Below are positions 1 through 14,200 of a DNA stretch of 64,000 nt, piece after piece. The position numbers were made by a program, and so were the translations under genes. The stretch lies in assembly GCA_010909165.1 (NCBI GenBank), contig MU008168.1, positions 744,001 through 808,000 of the forward strand, in the 5' to 3' direction. The first letter of the stretch is position 1; every line of letters begins with the position of its first letter. The stretch is from Anthoceros angustus. Its lineage: Eukaryota; Plantae; Anthocerotophyta. The notes under the pieces are model-generated. The model worked only from the letters and a program-made list of their open reading frames with translations. It made no database searches and was not told the DNA's origin.

Positions 1-721
1 CCAATGCGCCCCGCTCGCTTCATTCTCCTCCGATTTCAAGATTCTCCTACTGGTAGATCATCCCCAATTCAACACCATAGCACTACTATTGAAAGATCTC
101 TTCTTGTGGTGGTAGCTGGAGTGAGATCTACCCTTCACGTATTATTATCCTTTGCACATCGAACAATATTTCGCATAAGACTTCTCCATTTAGTCAACTT
201 AGTTGATTAATTTATTTACAATCATAATTATATTTTTCTTTGCACTCTTCAACCACTCTCTAAAGGTGACAATGTACGTTCACAATTGTTGCTCCTTGTT
301 GAAATATTTAAAGTAATTTCTTAAAATTAATCTCAATAAAATGATGTATCTTTGATGATCCAATTTCACGCCTAGATACCGAGTAGGTCTCTTCACTCCA
401 TGGTGTTATAGCATTCAAAAGAAAGGTATGACCATAAGATTCAAGGTGTCTAACTCACCATGCCCGTGGTGGGTTAGAGAGCTTGAAAATCTAACTCAAT
501 TAACTTTATAACTTATATCTAAAGTAATTTCTTACGGAGTTTAGAATTGTCTTTGAGGTTCCAAACTCACTAAAGAATTATTCTGCATTAAGTTAGTAAG
601 TTAATTGGGAGGAATTGAGGCACATACTTACTCTAAAAGAAAATATAGAGATATGGAAGGAAGTTTGGTTTTGTTCAAGTCAATTATCAATCATTCTACA
701 AAGAAATAATCCACCACTATC

Positions 722-783
722 GACACTATGGTAAAGAAATTAGACAGGCTAAGACACTATGGTAAAGAAATTATACAGCCTAA
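722..783. repeat. 31-bp tandem duplication (2 copies)
   Basis: gacactatggtaaagaaattagacaggctaa at 722 is repeated at 753 with 2 mismatches. Confidence 0.85.
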
Positions 784-989
784 AACATGTTGAAGATGAC
801 ACTGCTAAAGGTTGTTGCATCGGTAAGACAAGGTTATAATTTGAATCCACACAATCCTCCGCAAACCACTGGAATGCCTCCAAACTCAAAGGGAGATTGA
901 TATTAGTACTTACCTTAATGAAGATTTTATTGAAGAACCGGAGCTTTGTGCATAGATGAACAATACATCATTAAAAAAAACTAGTTGCC

Positions 990-1230
990 AAAACGCCAAA
1001 CCCTAAATGCCACACTGCAAGCTGCAAACGCCAAACGCCAAACGCCAAACGCCAAACGCCAAACGCCAAACGCCAAAGCCCAAACATTGAATCCAAACCC
1101 CAAACATTAAATCGAAACCCCAAACGCCAAACCCCAAAGCCCAAACATTAAATCCAAACCCCAAACATTAAATCGAAACCCCAAAAGCCAAACACCAAAT
1201 ACCAACAACATACCAAACATTAAATACAAA
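990..1230. repeat. 7-bp-periodic, telomere-like satellite: (CAAACGC)7 followed by degenerate units
   Basis: Seven perfect CAAACGC copies at 1025-1073, one AAACCCTAAA near 998, then degenerate ~21-bp units (aaacattaaatccaaacccc-like). Confidence 0.85.
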
Positions 1231-2400
1231 ATTAATACTAATAATTACTTAATTGATATAGATTCTTAGAATAACTATGCTAGTTACTTATATTGAATAA
1301 TAAATATCTAGAATCATTAGTATTCATCAATCATTAAACTAAACTTTAAATTAGTGTCACATGGCATGATAGCTTGCAGCCTTCCCAAGGAAGCAGTGTA
1401 AGCATGCCCAACCTAATAGCTTCCAGCTTTCTAAAGGAGTGTGAAAGCATGTCTAACCGACTCGAGTGTTTGTGATCTTTACATGATAGTGAGTGCAACC
1501 TATTACATGAGCACTAATCAAAGCTTAAAAGCATATAATATTCTATATGATATGAAAACTTACGCGATAAAAGACAACATACATCAACGAACATAAAATT
1601 ACTCAAAATTTTGATTTCTACTAGTATCATGTTTAAGAAACCTCACAAAATACAAAAATAGCCCTTTTTCAAAAATCATGGTGTGAGGAAGGTTACGGCC
1701 TTGTAGATGGAGTTCATTCTTAGCTAGACATTGTAAAGAAAGTTGTCGCTACTCGTGATTACGACGATAAAACCAACAATACTGTAGTTGATAGTAGTAA
1801 GCGCGAATCCAGAGCAGCAGTAACACGAAGTGGACATGGAGCCCAGTCAATTGACAAATTATGTGGAGGATTCATTTCACATAGCATAGGAGCGAAGAAG
1901 GACCTAGAATTTTATTAAGTGATGATGTCGCCTTGGTCAACTAGCTAGTTTGAAGGATATGAATATAGTACCTAACATTGAAGTCCAATCACCTAGATTG
2001 AATATTGAAAGACTCGGAGTAGCTGTTTTGCATTGTTAGAAAAGGAAGAGCTTGTAATTCACACCGGGGTTGTTGTAATTGTTCAAAATACTAAAAGACT
2101 AATAACTCTAGGGCATGTAGGGCGTAAGCTAGCATACTAGCCTTCAAAGCTAATTACAATGAAAATATGGGGAACATGATTGAGGGAGGAGAGGTGATGA
2201 GGAGAGTCTATCTAGTAAAGGACATCACAGGGAGACCCGAAGAGTCGTTGTGCAAAGGGGAAATGAAGCTCCCTATCTTAAGTCAATTGTTATGCCGACA
2301 ATATCATATTCAAGAAGATTGAAAGATGCCACTTCTATGGCTCATATGCCCATTTTACTAAGGTAGATGAGGATGCATCACTTACTGTCGTTGCAGTCCT

Positions 2401-2619
2401 AAAGATTGCTGCTACGAGTACCCTTTTGAGGGCAATAGCCATCGGAAAGATTGCCGCTATAAGTAACCTTTCGAGGGCAATAGCCGTCCGAAAGATTGCC
2501 ACTACGAGTACCCTTTTGAGGGCAATAGCCGTTCGAAAAGATTGCTGCTATGAGTACCCTTTCGAGGGCAATAGCCGTCCCAAAGATTGCCGCTACGAGT
2601 ACCCTTTCGAGGGCAATAG
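2401..2619. repeat. 45-46-bp minisatellite, ~5 copies
   Basis: Unit aaagattgcygctacgagtaccctttygagggcaatagccgtcc repeated head-to-tail with no spacers. Confidence 0.9.
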
Positions 2620-2877
2620 GCAAGGTAGGGCAATAGACACACCTTGCCGAAAGAATGCCGTGAAGTTGGAAACAAATAGCCCCACATCATGCTTACGAGC
2701 ATGATAGGCTTGGCACAAGAGTAGATAAATTTTCGAAGTCCTTAGCCAACGCCTTATAGGTCTCGGACACAGATATGCAATTAGGGCACCTTTGGAACTG
2801 AAATGCAGGGAGTCCTCATGTAACTTCAGCTTTCCCACCATGGGTGCCACTTGGTTTGAGGGTTGTGTGGAGCACAG

Positions 2878-3022
2878 TCACAAGTGCTTTACAAATGCCA
2901 GCAATAGGGCACTTACTTTGAGTGTCAATTCTCCATTGACTTTTGTGTTGTGCTTCATTGCTACCACGATAGATAATATGTTAAAGAGTGCCCTACTGCT
3001 GGCATTTGTAACGCACTTGTGA
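2878..3022. repeat. 145-bp inverted repeat/hairpin with 36-bp arms (MITE-like or hairpin RNA)
   Basis: 2878-2913 tcacaagtgctttacaaatgccagcaatagggcact is the reverse complement of 2987-3022 with 2 mismatches. Confidence 0.85.
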
Positions 3023-4236
3023 TTATTCACTATCCTAGAACCAAACAAAAGGATGACTTGAGAGACCTGGAGGGTGGAATTCAATCGGTGGGATTTCGTG
3101 CATAGACTCGGAGATTGAGATGTAATAGGAGCATTAAATGAAAGTTGACACTGTAGCAGTTAGGTCGATTACTTGGCCACAGGAAGCTGCTGCCATATCT
3201 AGTGCTGTGAACCCTTAGGTCTAGGATTTCGGACAACCCCTAGAACCCTTGGTCTATATCAAATCTTGGATTTGGTACAAGCCCTAAAGTAGAAGAAAAC
3301 AGTTGCTGCAGCTCTCTCGATGGCTGCTGGCTCAGGCCACCTAAAGAGACCAGAGTATACAGGTTATGCAACAGGGAAGTTCAAACAAAGGAACACTTTG
3401 TTTTCGTCTGCCCCATCTACGAGAATACAAGGAATGCTTTTGTCAACTTATTCACAGTAGCTCGATCTTCGCTCCGAAGTTTCTTCTCTTTTCCCGACCC
3501 TTTTCTTACAATTGTTTGCTTGAAACAAATGTGGGATTAAAGGGCAGAATATATCCATGTTCTCAACCTGCCCGATATTTGACTTACTTCACACCACTAG
3601 TACTTAGGAAATTAAGAATAACGATTAAACTTCAATACTTTTTTTCTATATATCTGGTTTTTCAGTCCCATGGACAGAAATTCCGGCCTAAGGGACTTCA
3701 ATAGACTATTTCGTATTATGCCCCAGCAGCCCCGCAGGCGAACCAGGCCCGGTGGAGCTGCCCAGGCTTGATCGGGCAAGCCCAATCAGATCCAGCCGAT
3801 CACTCCTATTCAGGCCCAATGGGGAAGCGGTGTGTTCCACTACCCTCACCGCAAGAATTTTGCTCAGGCGGGCGTCGGGAAGGCAGCTATGCGATCGATC
3901 CAAATCTTTATTTTTTTCCAGTTGGGGTAGAGAAAACGCTTAGGACGTTTTTGCTCCCTACTAGCTACTTGCAAGGGTCACCGAGGGCGCTTTAGCGTAC
4001 AGTCGAAAAAACTATGCGTCCAGGAAGGGGTCTACAGAACTCACGTAGAGTACAGAGGTACAGAGAGAGCAAGGGACAGGAAGCGACGTCTGCAGAACCG
4101 TAAAGCATGCGAAACATAAAGCACCCACGGACAAGGACAGCCAGAAAAAACCACCCAAACTGCACGTTCAGGGTCGCTGAAGATGTTCACAATATCCCTA
4201 AGAATAGGTCCCCATGGGGTGGAACCTCCAGGAGTG

Positions 4237-4355
4237 ATTGGCAAAGGGGATGATCAGCTGTTTCAACATGAACCATGGAATGTCCTAAGCGTCCACCATT
4301 GGCAAAGGGGATGCTCAGCTGTTCCAACATGAACCATGGAATGTCCTAAGCGTCC
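4237..4355. repeat. 61-bp tandem duplication
   Basis: attggcaaaggggatg...tcctaagcgtcc occurs at 4237 and 4298. Confidence 0.85.
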
Positions 4356-4835
4356 CCCACACACGCCGGAGGACGCGGTTGGATTGACCCGCTGTTCTTG
4401 TAATAGCCAACTGGCGTAGTAGGAGTTTCCAAGTAGCATGAAAAAACAAAGGCTTGAGCCCCATGTACATCTCTTTTACAGCATACCGTGCTCCTGTCAC
4501 AGTGAGCCTGTCTGCTGATAAACCAAGCTGCAATCCAGTGTGTTCGATGTACATCTGCTCCATAAATCCAGCATCCAACCTCTGCAAATTCAATGGCCTA
4601 CTCGAAAGCAAACCTACAACAGGATAGGCATGACAAACCCTGTGCCTCAACAGGCACTAACCATTTTTCTGTGGATGCTCTTTCGCATGCTCCATCTCCC
4701 CTCGAGGGCCAGAACTCCTCAACAGGTCTACGAGGCTGTGGATTTAACTTCACAACACATCGAGGAGGGACCACATCCTTTCATTAGCCCTTCCTTAGCT
4801 CCAAAGTATGTTGTCACCCAACATCCTGAAGTTGC

Positions 4836-5980
4836 TCAGGGCAAAGAGGGCCCCAATGTAGGATCGATCTCCCCGAGATAAATTTGCTTGTCACTACCAC
4901 ATGATCCAATAATCGGCTCTTTTGGATGAAACACAGACTCATTCACCGACCCATTATGCCCTGGCAGCTTGTACAGTATCCTCCTTGAAGTAGTATCCCA
5001 CACATACACCATCCGATCGGAGCTGCCTGCAGTCACCTTACTGCCGTCCGGGGACCAGGCACATTTTAATAAGTTTTTCTCAAAGTTATGCTGATGCCCC
5101 GTGAAAATCTTCACATTTCGGTTCTGCGGAGCGTAGGGTCTCATATCCCAAACCCTGAGAGTGCAGTCCATGGCATTGGTGAGTAGGTAAGAGCCGTCCG
5201 GGCTAAGCGACATTCCAGTTACAGTATCCGTGTGACCCTGCAACTTCATAATGGTCTCATTCTTCCTCAAATCCCACACTTTCACATCGTTGTCAATTCC
5301 CCCCGTGAAGATCTTGTCAGCTGCATCCGAAAACGCAACAGCCGTAATCTGGTACTTGTCAGGGAGCGTCTGCAAAGCTCCCCGGTGCCGCATATCCCAC
5401 AGCTTAGCTGTTCCGTCATCCGACCCCGAAACGACCAAGGGGGGGCCCCGCCGAACAGGGCAACAGGAGTTTATAAATCCCGAGTGTTCCGCCATCTTCT
5501 TCACCTGCTTCCCGGTCTCCGCATCCCAAACCCTAACAGTCTTGTCCGGACTACAAGACACAATCTGCGAGCCGTCCGAGTTCCACTGCAGCTCCAACAC
5601 GGCGTTGCGGTGTCCCTTCTCAAGACAAGCACAAGCACAGCCCTCAGCACGCCAAAGTCAACTGTCAAAACCAGCTCCTACGACAATGCAGAAACCAGCC
5701 TTACCTTAAGGACCATGTAGTTCTCACACTCCCCTTGCACGTTCCAAAGAAATATCTCCTTGTCAACAGACCCTGAAGCCACAACGGTGCCCTGCGGATT
5801 GAACTTCATGGTGAAAACAGCACCACCGTGACCCGTTAACAGCATAATAGGCGAGTCCAAGGAGGACGTTCGGCGGATTCCATCCCTGGTTATGAGAGCC
5901 TTGCTTGGAGGAGCATCAGATACTCCAGGAGGGCCATCTGTCCGCTGCCGCTTAGCGGCCATCACCAAGCTCTGGTCCAT
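4836..5980 (-). CDS. SNRNP40: U5 snRNP 40-kDa WD40 protein (2 exons; intron ~5616-5704)
   Basis: RTSSLDSPIMLLTGH...ENYMVLK|GHRNAV..., WD40 repeats, the characteristic WDMRPYAP..HNFEKNLLKC and the SDKQIYLGEI terminus. Confidence 0.93.
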
Positions 5981-6459
5981 CTCCGCACAGTCTTCTGGCA
6001 GTCGTTGCTACTTCCTTCTTGCGCGGCTGAAGCCTCGGATGAAACACCCTCAAATTTTTGGTTACCGTAACCTAAACTTTCTGACGGGCAGAAGATTTAC
6101 GACGGCTCACCCTCGCTCATTGACAACTTCTTCAAGGATTTCAGCACGTGATCCCAGCCTGCTCTCGGCGGCCACTGGGCTGTCTGAGGGCGAACAACGC
6201 TCCGATAGAGGTCTCAAACGCGTGTGACACCTTCAGGCATTGCACATTCGCATTTTCGGACTTGCCAGCCGTGGACGGTGCAAAGAAGTTGAATGGCACT
6301 CAGACAAACGTCGGTCAGATGCTAAGCCCGAAACCCTGCAGAACATATCTTTATCCGAAAAAAATGTTGAAGGGGTTTTGAGTGGAAAGGGAGAACTGTT
6401 TTTTAAGCGCAGATGTCTGCCACAAAAGCGAGAGAAAATGAAGCGGTGTCTTAGCAGAT

Positions 6460-7922
<1,463 letters not shown>

Positions 7923-8091
7923 TTAGACACACGCAAGCTAAACTGCATCTGGCGGAAACCAAGACCACAGCGCAGCCTTTCTAGAAGGCATGAATGCAAT
8001 TACAACAAATTATTTACAAAGAATCACAATCTAATTGGCCTTTCTACAGCTACATCTACAGGCATATGTTACACAGCAGCTCTGCTGCCTA

Positions 8092-10366
8092 TCAGGGATA
8101 GCTCAGGTACAAGGCGGTGATGTCGTTGCTGGCGGCCAGGATAATTTCTGGGGGAGCTCCTCCAGCGAAGTAGCCTGAGTGCCCAACTATCTGAAGCAGA
8201 ATCACCCCGGCAGCACAAGCACTTAACCCCGCCAAGGCAGGCTTGCCTACGAGCACTCTCCCCAAGGCAGGCGTGTCTTCGGGCTCTCTCCCCGTCTCTT
8301 CCCTCGTGTTCTTCTTGTGCACCCAGCTCCATGCCATGAGAGGGGGAAATATCCCGTACATGACTGTCATGCCATAGGCGCCCTAGAATTTTAGTACAGG
8401 GTACCACCATACGAGCACAGGCATCAGAAACCAGGAATTTTCGTCTCCACAAGATGCACAACATGCAAAGAGAGAAGCAGAGGTCTCACAGCTAGGTCAG
8501 TCGCAGAGAGGAAGGATTCGACTGAGTTTGGGAGGGCCACGGATATTGCCAACGGAGGAGCCAGAACTAGGGCAAACGAGACCAGGCGTAGGCTGTCCAT
8601 AGTCGACAGCCAGCGGGTGAGCTGAGGAAGGTGCATGCCACCTCCCAGCTTCGTGGGTGGGGATTCTGGAACTGAATCCTTGACACGATTCACAATCCAG
8701 TCCTTGCATTTCACAAGTTGTTCCACAAAGAACTCAAACAAACCCAAATAGCTGCCGATGAACGATGTGGCCACTGCTAGTAGTGCGAATATTTGGACGA
8801 TGGAACCTGCCCCTAAGAAGCCGAAGCCTAGTCCAGCCTCGCTTGACCTGAGCATCAACAAGCTTATCAGTGAGCATGGGGATCGATGTCCACACGAAAA
8901 ACGATGCTTGGAAAGACGATAGCATGAGCACCAGCATGAGCATGTACCTCAATAGAGCGTCGAGAGGGTCCCCCGTCCCTGAGACTGAAGCAAGGCTCAA
9001 GGCAACAGCGTCCCAGCAGAGGAGCATAGCCAGAGGTACCGCACTGCCCAGAACCAGTGACAGCTCAATCCGTTTCATGTCTCCACCCAAGTACGAACAC
9101 AAAACTGTAGCGGGAAAAAAATGTCAACAATCTCTTGGCAATGCTTGCAAACCGGTGGGCAGAGGAGAAGAAGGGAAGACGAAGAGACTGACCCGGAATC
9201 AAGTCGTGGTAAACAAGAGCAAGAAACACCACGGGAATTGTGCTGGGAGCTGCCGTCCAATCCATTCTCTCCAGGTTTGCCCAGTCCCCGATCGCAGCTC
9301 CTCCCACAACGAGGACCAGAAAGGAACCTATGCCATCCCGACACGTTCAGTCCGAAGCATGGGTGCAGAAGGTGACGTTCTACAGCACGAGTGGATCAAG
9401 GTGCTCACCTATCAATCCAAAAGTGAAGACCTGGTTAACCGAGTCCGCAACCTTGGTTCCTCCGGCAAGAATAAGACCCCCGAGCCCGATAGTGAAAACC
9501 ACAGCTGCTGCATCTTCTGGTATGTACGAGAGGGACGACATCACCTCCTCCGCCTTGACGATATAAGCGACCATCAAGGTGTAGGTGAGAAACAGGTACG
9601 TGACGGCAACCAAACTCCCTCCCCAAGCGCCCAGCGTCTCCTCCGCCATGGTACGCAGCGAAATGACCGGGGCATCATTCAACGACTCCGATTTCTCCAG
9701 CCGCTCCATCAAGCCCACATTCACCCTGGCAAGCAGCATGGCTTGCAGGGACAGAAAGCCCCAGCACGCTCCCAGAACCGCTGCCGACGGAACAAAGCCC
9801 TGCACAGACAAACTGTCAGCCACACTTGGCATGATCCCACCCCATTCGGTGCACAGGATGGGAAATTCAATCCACATGCGGATTACAATTCTTACAGCTG
9901 GGCCAGTAGTGACGGGAAGCGCCAGGATTCCTGCGCCCACGCTCGTCCCCGTTATCAAGGCCACGGCTCCCAGCACCGTGCCCCCCGGCTGACTGTCTTC
10001 AACTCGCCCGCTGTCAGAAATCGATTTGGGTGGATGCTCAGCCTTGTCAGAGCCTGGGACTGGGAGGCCATCTTCGCTGTGGTCCAATCCACCATTCTTT
10101 CGTGTACTGCTTGCGGCAACCAAGCTCCGCTTCCTGCCATTATTTCTCCCCGCAAATCGGCTCCGGAATCCCGTAGCTCCTCCTTCTCTAAGCCTCCGAT
10201 CAAACCGCTCCAAGCCCGATTGCCAGACTAGTCGCAGTCCAGCAGCAGCACCGATTTTTCGCGTCCTGACCTCGAGCGCTCCAGACTGAATTGTGAATCC
10301 ATGATCCGGCGACTGCTGAGTCGTGAAGACCAGGCAATTCGCAGACCACGACCTTGAGACAAGCAT
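8092..10366 (-). CDS. Tryptophan/tyrosine permease (TyrP/HAAAP family), probably plastid-targeted, multi-exon
   Basis: GTVLGAVALITGTSVGAGILALP, GFVPS, SLRTMAEETLG, IPVVFLALVYHDLIP, GAYGMTVMYGIFPPLMAW; long Ser/Arg-rich N-terminal extension; start codon uncertain. Confidence 0.85.
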
Positions 10367-11229
10367 ACTTGGGTCGCTCCGAGGGAGACTAGGAAGTACA
10401 GTACTATTGAGCTCCCTCCCGCCCGCATGAGCTGGGAGCTCGGAACGCAGAAGCGGCTGGGGGCGGACTGGTTGCTGGCTGGCGAGCTAGCTTCCAGGGG
10501 ACTTCCGAGTCCCGACCAGGAACTCCAGAAGGCCGCCAAGGTTCCAAAGGGACGGTGGCAACGGTGCACAGGTGCGACACGCTTTCGGAATCCCCGGGAA
10601 TCTGGCTGAAAAGTGGGATCCAATCAAATTCCTGGCAAAAGAGACGGCTGCCGGAGGAGGAGCAGCGAGACGGGCTATCGCGTATGTGTCAAAGGGAAAC
10701 AGCGATGTGGGCAAGCCCGCTACGAACTTAAGCGGCAACAACGGTCTCAGAGCCGCACACTTGAGCCACAAGTTTTTTGGAAGCTACACGAGCAGCAGAT
10801 CGCACAGTTCCGACACCGTGCGCTTCGGAGTGCTGCTCGCCAGTAGAAGCGTAGCCTACATTGCAATACAACGAGGAATAAGAATGTGAGAGAGAGAGAG
10901 AGGAAGCAGGACCCGTTTGCTAAAGAAGGCAACAGCGAGCGACATGGAAGAACCAGGACAGGCGCAGTCGCAAACCTCTTCCGACCCACTCATTCACGAG
11001 TCTGCCCAGGCGTACTAAGTATACCCAAGCCATGTTTTCGCAAAATACTTGACGACTTGGATTCCAGAAATTGAGGCGACACCATTCACATCAGGCACCA
11101 TGCATCGCCCTTTATCCCTGTCAAGTGCAAAGCCGTGGTCTGGTCAGAATTGCACCCCAGACAACAAAGCAGACGAAAATCAGGCTGTGCTCTCTTCTAG
11201 TTTAAAAACCGTAAGAGGCACTTCAACCT

Positions 11230-14200
11230 TTAGCTGAGGTCCATGAGATCACCACCCACCAAAGTATCACTTTCTTGCCGCACTGCATTGTACTTCTCGC
11301 CGAGTGCCCCAGTCTTCACAATGCTGTTCATGAATGCCTTGAATTTTTGACTGGTTTCGCCACTGGTTTGCAACCAGGAGTGTGTGATGTTTAGAGTGGC
11401 CAGCGATGCGGACGAAGATACATGCGAGTCCTACCATCATCCAGGTTGGAGCAGCAGGAACACACCTGATGCGGTTCAAAGAATCCACAGCCCTGAGGGC
11501 ACTTCGGATCATGTCCTCATTCCGATCCACCTCTTGCTTCACAGCATCAGACTTTGTCTTGTTAGTGACAGTTTTCTCCAAGGGGTCAACCAACTGGTCC
11601 AGTACTGCACAGTTCAAGACATAACATCAAATAGAATCCTACAAATTGGCCAATCACTCGGTGTAAATTTTAAAACATGATAAACTTGCCAGCCAACACT
11701 GCTGAACCGCATTTGTCTGCCAACTTTGATAATATTAGATGACATGGCATCTTCACATCATAATGGTCTGCAAAGAGGAGCACCATCAGATATTGGATTA
11801 CCATGAAAAACTATTAGCTAACATCCCTGAAAACAGATATTGAAAGTAGTGAGTGTAAACCAGGACATTATGCACAAGGAAGCTACAAACCTGAAAGGCC
11901 TGATATAAGAAATGGAGAAATGAATGCAGAAGGATCAATCTGATCCAGGCAGCTGTCAAGAAGGGTGTCCACACATTCAAATGCCCCTTTCCTAAGCTCA
12001 AGGCCATCATCAATAGTGTGCTTGAAGGGACCAAGGTCAACGATTCTGATGAGCTCTTTCTGCCATATGAAACAGCACATGGTTACCACCAAGGATCACA
12101 ACCAGCCAGTGGATAATGAAATATCAGGGGACATATGCCAACCTTGATTACTGTCTGATCATAGAGAAGTGGCAACAAAGATGGCAGCAGATCCTTAACA
12201 AGCTCAGGTTTATTATGGGCAGCACTACTGAGGGCAGAAACTGCTGCACGCCTTACATGCTGCACCAGACAGATGAATCCAACATTACCAAAGAGACTAG
12301 GCTAATGATGCACACAAGCAGAGTTCTCAGTTTCAACCTGGACACAGAGAGACATACCCGATCTTCATCATTTATGAGCTGAAGAAAGGAGGCAATGCAA
12401 GGCTTGATGAAGTCATCAATTCGCTCCGGACGGTCAACCACTGTGTACTTTATTGCAATCACCGCAGTGGCCCGGGTGAAAGGAGATATACTCGCGGTTC
12501 GTTCCTGCCCATACAACAAAGAGCGCACAAACTTAAGTTCCTAATAAACGAGGAGGAGAGAATTTTCAAAACTCTGCAGATACTCAGCCAACATACCCTT
12601 AAAGCAGGAACCAACTTCGCTGGCTCAATGAGAGCTAGTTTACCAAGACACTCGGCAACAACATTGCGCACTCCCTCCTCCTCACTTTCACAGTGTGTAA
12701 ACAGTAAAGCCAAAATCTTTTGCACATCAGCATCCTGAAGCTCTGATCTGCCAGGTTCATCAATTGACTGCCGAGGTATCACCTGTTCAACAATACATGA
12801 GCATATAATGCACATAAAAAATGCCATGATGAACACCTTCAAACCTTGATCAATTAGCAGAGGCTTACCTCCTTCAAAGAATGCAATAGCAGGTACTGCA
12901 GCTTTGATTGTGTATCAATCTGGCCTAGTATGAACGGCAAGTACTGTGACAGATTGCCAACAGCAATATTTCCCAAAGCAAATGACGCTGCTGACTTGAT
13001 TTCCTCAACTGGAGAGTTGAATGATTGAATAATGACATATTGTATGTTGGCATGCCCACTTAGGTCCTTCCTCCGTCCAATTTCTCCAAGGCATAAAAGA
13101 GATAGGAGTAGAACCTGTAACACCAAAACCCCCGCTTTCAGCACTCTCAAGAGCTGCTCTTTGCAGCATTCGCCATAGTCACGCAAGAATTCTAATTCAC
13201 GTCCAGACAATAGAAGGGAAGGACAACATACTGCATCAGAACTAGTGCCCACACTTAAAGTGTTTATCAACATAGCCACAGTTGAGGAACATTTCGCATC
13301 CCCTGCTGCCAGGCATAGCACTGCTGCACATTGTGCTATTGAATGAAAAGCTTGCTTACTGGCAGGTCCACCTGCACCACCTGACCCTTTTGCAGTTGAC
13401 AATAAGGCATCCAATAGCACGTCAAAGCTAGTATTGGTGGACTGCACGGATGCAGCAAAAAAGGATTGGAGTGCCTGGAATACAAGAGGGATGTTAGTTA
13501 CAGAACAAGATGAACAAACCTTATGCCTGACAACGATGACCAGTAAATCCCATGCTTCACTACCTGCAATGCTTGCCCCTGTAACAAAGAGCTCTTCACA
13601 AGATTGAGTGCTTGAGGAAGAACTTTCTGTCGTACAGATGGTCCAGCCTTTGCATAGTACAGCTTGTCACTCATTATGGTACAGCAGAGTTCCAGTGCCG
13701 ATGCAGTCAAGTGCAAATCAGCATCACTGCAAACAAGAATCCAATAAAAAGGGAAAGGTGATTAAAGTACAACTTAGCATTGGAAACTGAACCTCCCCAG
13801 AAAATCAAAACCAGACCTGATCAATGAAGAAAGTTCTTGAATGATTGATTCATAGCTCACTGGACTGATCTTGTCATTGTACGCAATCAAAAGTGAATTA
13901 AGTGTGCCAAGGGAGGCTTGGCGTAATGCCCTATTAGTCTGCAACCAATCAGGAGACAAGCTAAAAATTCTGCAAAGCAACAACATCTGCAGTAATTTAA
14001 CCTAAGAACACATACTACATTGAAAAATGTTTCTTTAACTGTCAGAGACTATAACCTTGCGAAGAAAGGTAGTAAGCTCCAGTACTACTTGTTCAAGGAC
14101 TGAGGACAAGTCGATTCTCAGTGGGGACTCCGCAATAGTTGCAAAGGCCTGATAGTTATACCAGGCAATTATTGAGATTCAGGGCTCTAGAAAGCATGAC

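Noticed and set aside
2401-2619. CRISPR-like array (regular palindromic repeats)
   Set aside because: The units are contiguous with no unique spacers, there are no cas genes, and the context is eukaryotic.
1-3700. Intact transposable element in the AT-rich first 3.7 kb
   Set aside because: No transposase, RT or integrase motifs, LTR pair or TSD-bounded ends could be identified; only local repeats are supportable.
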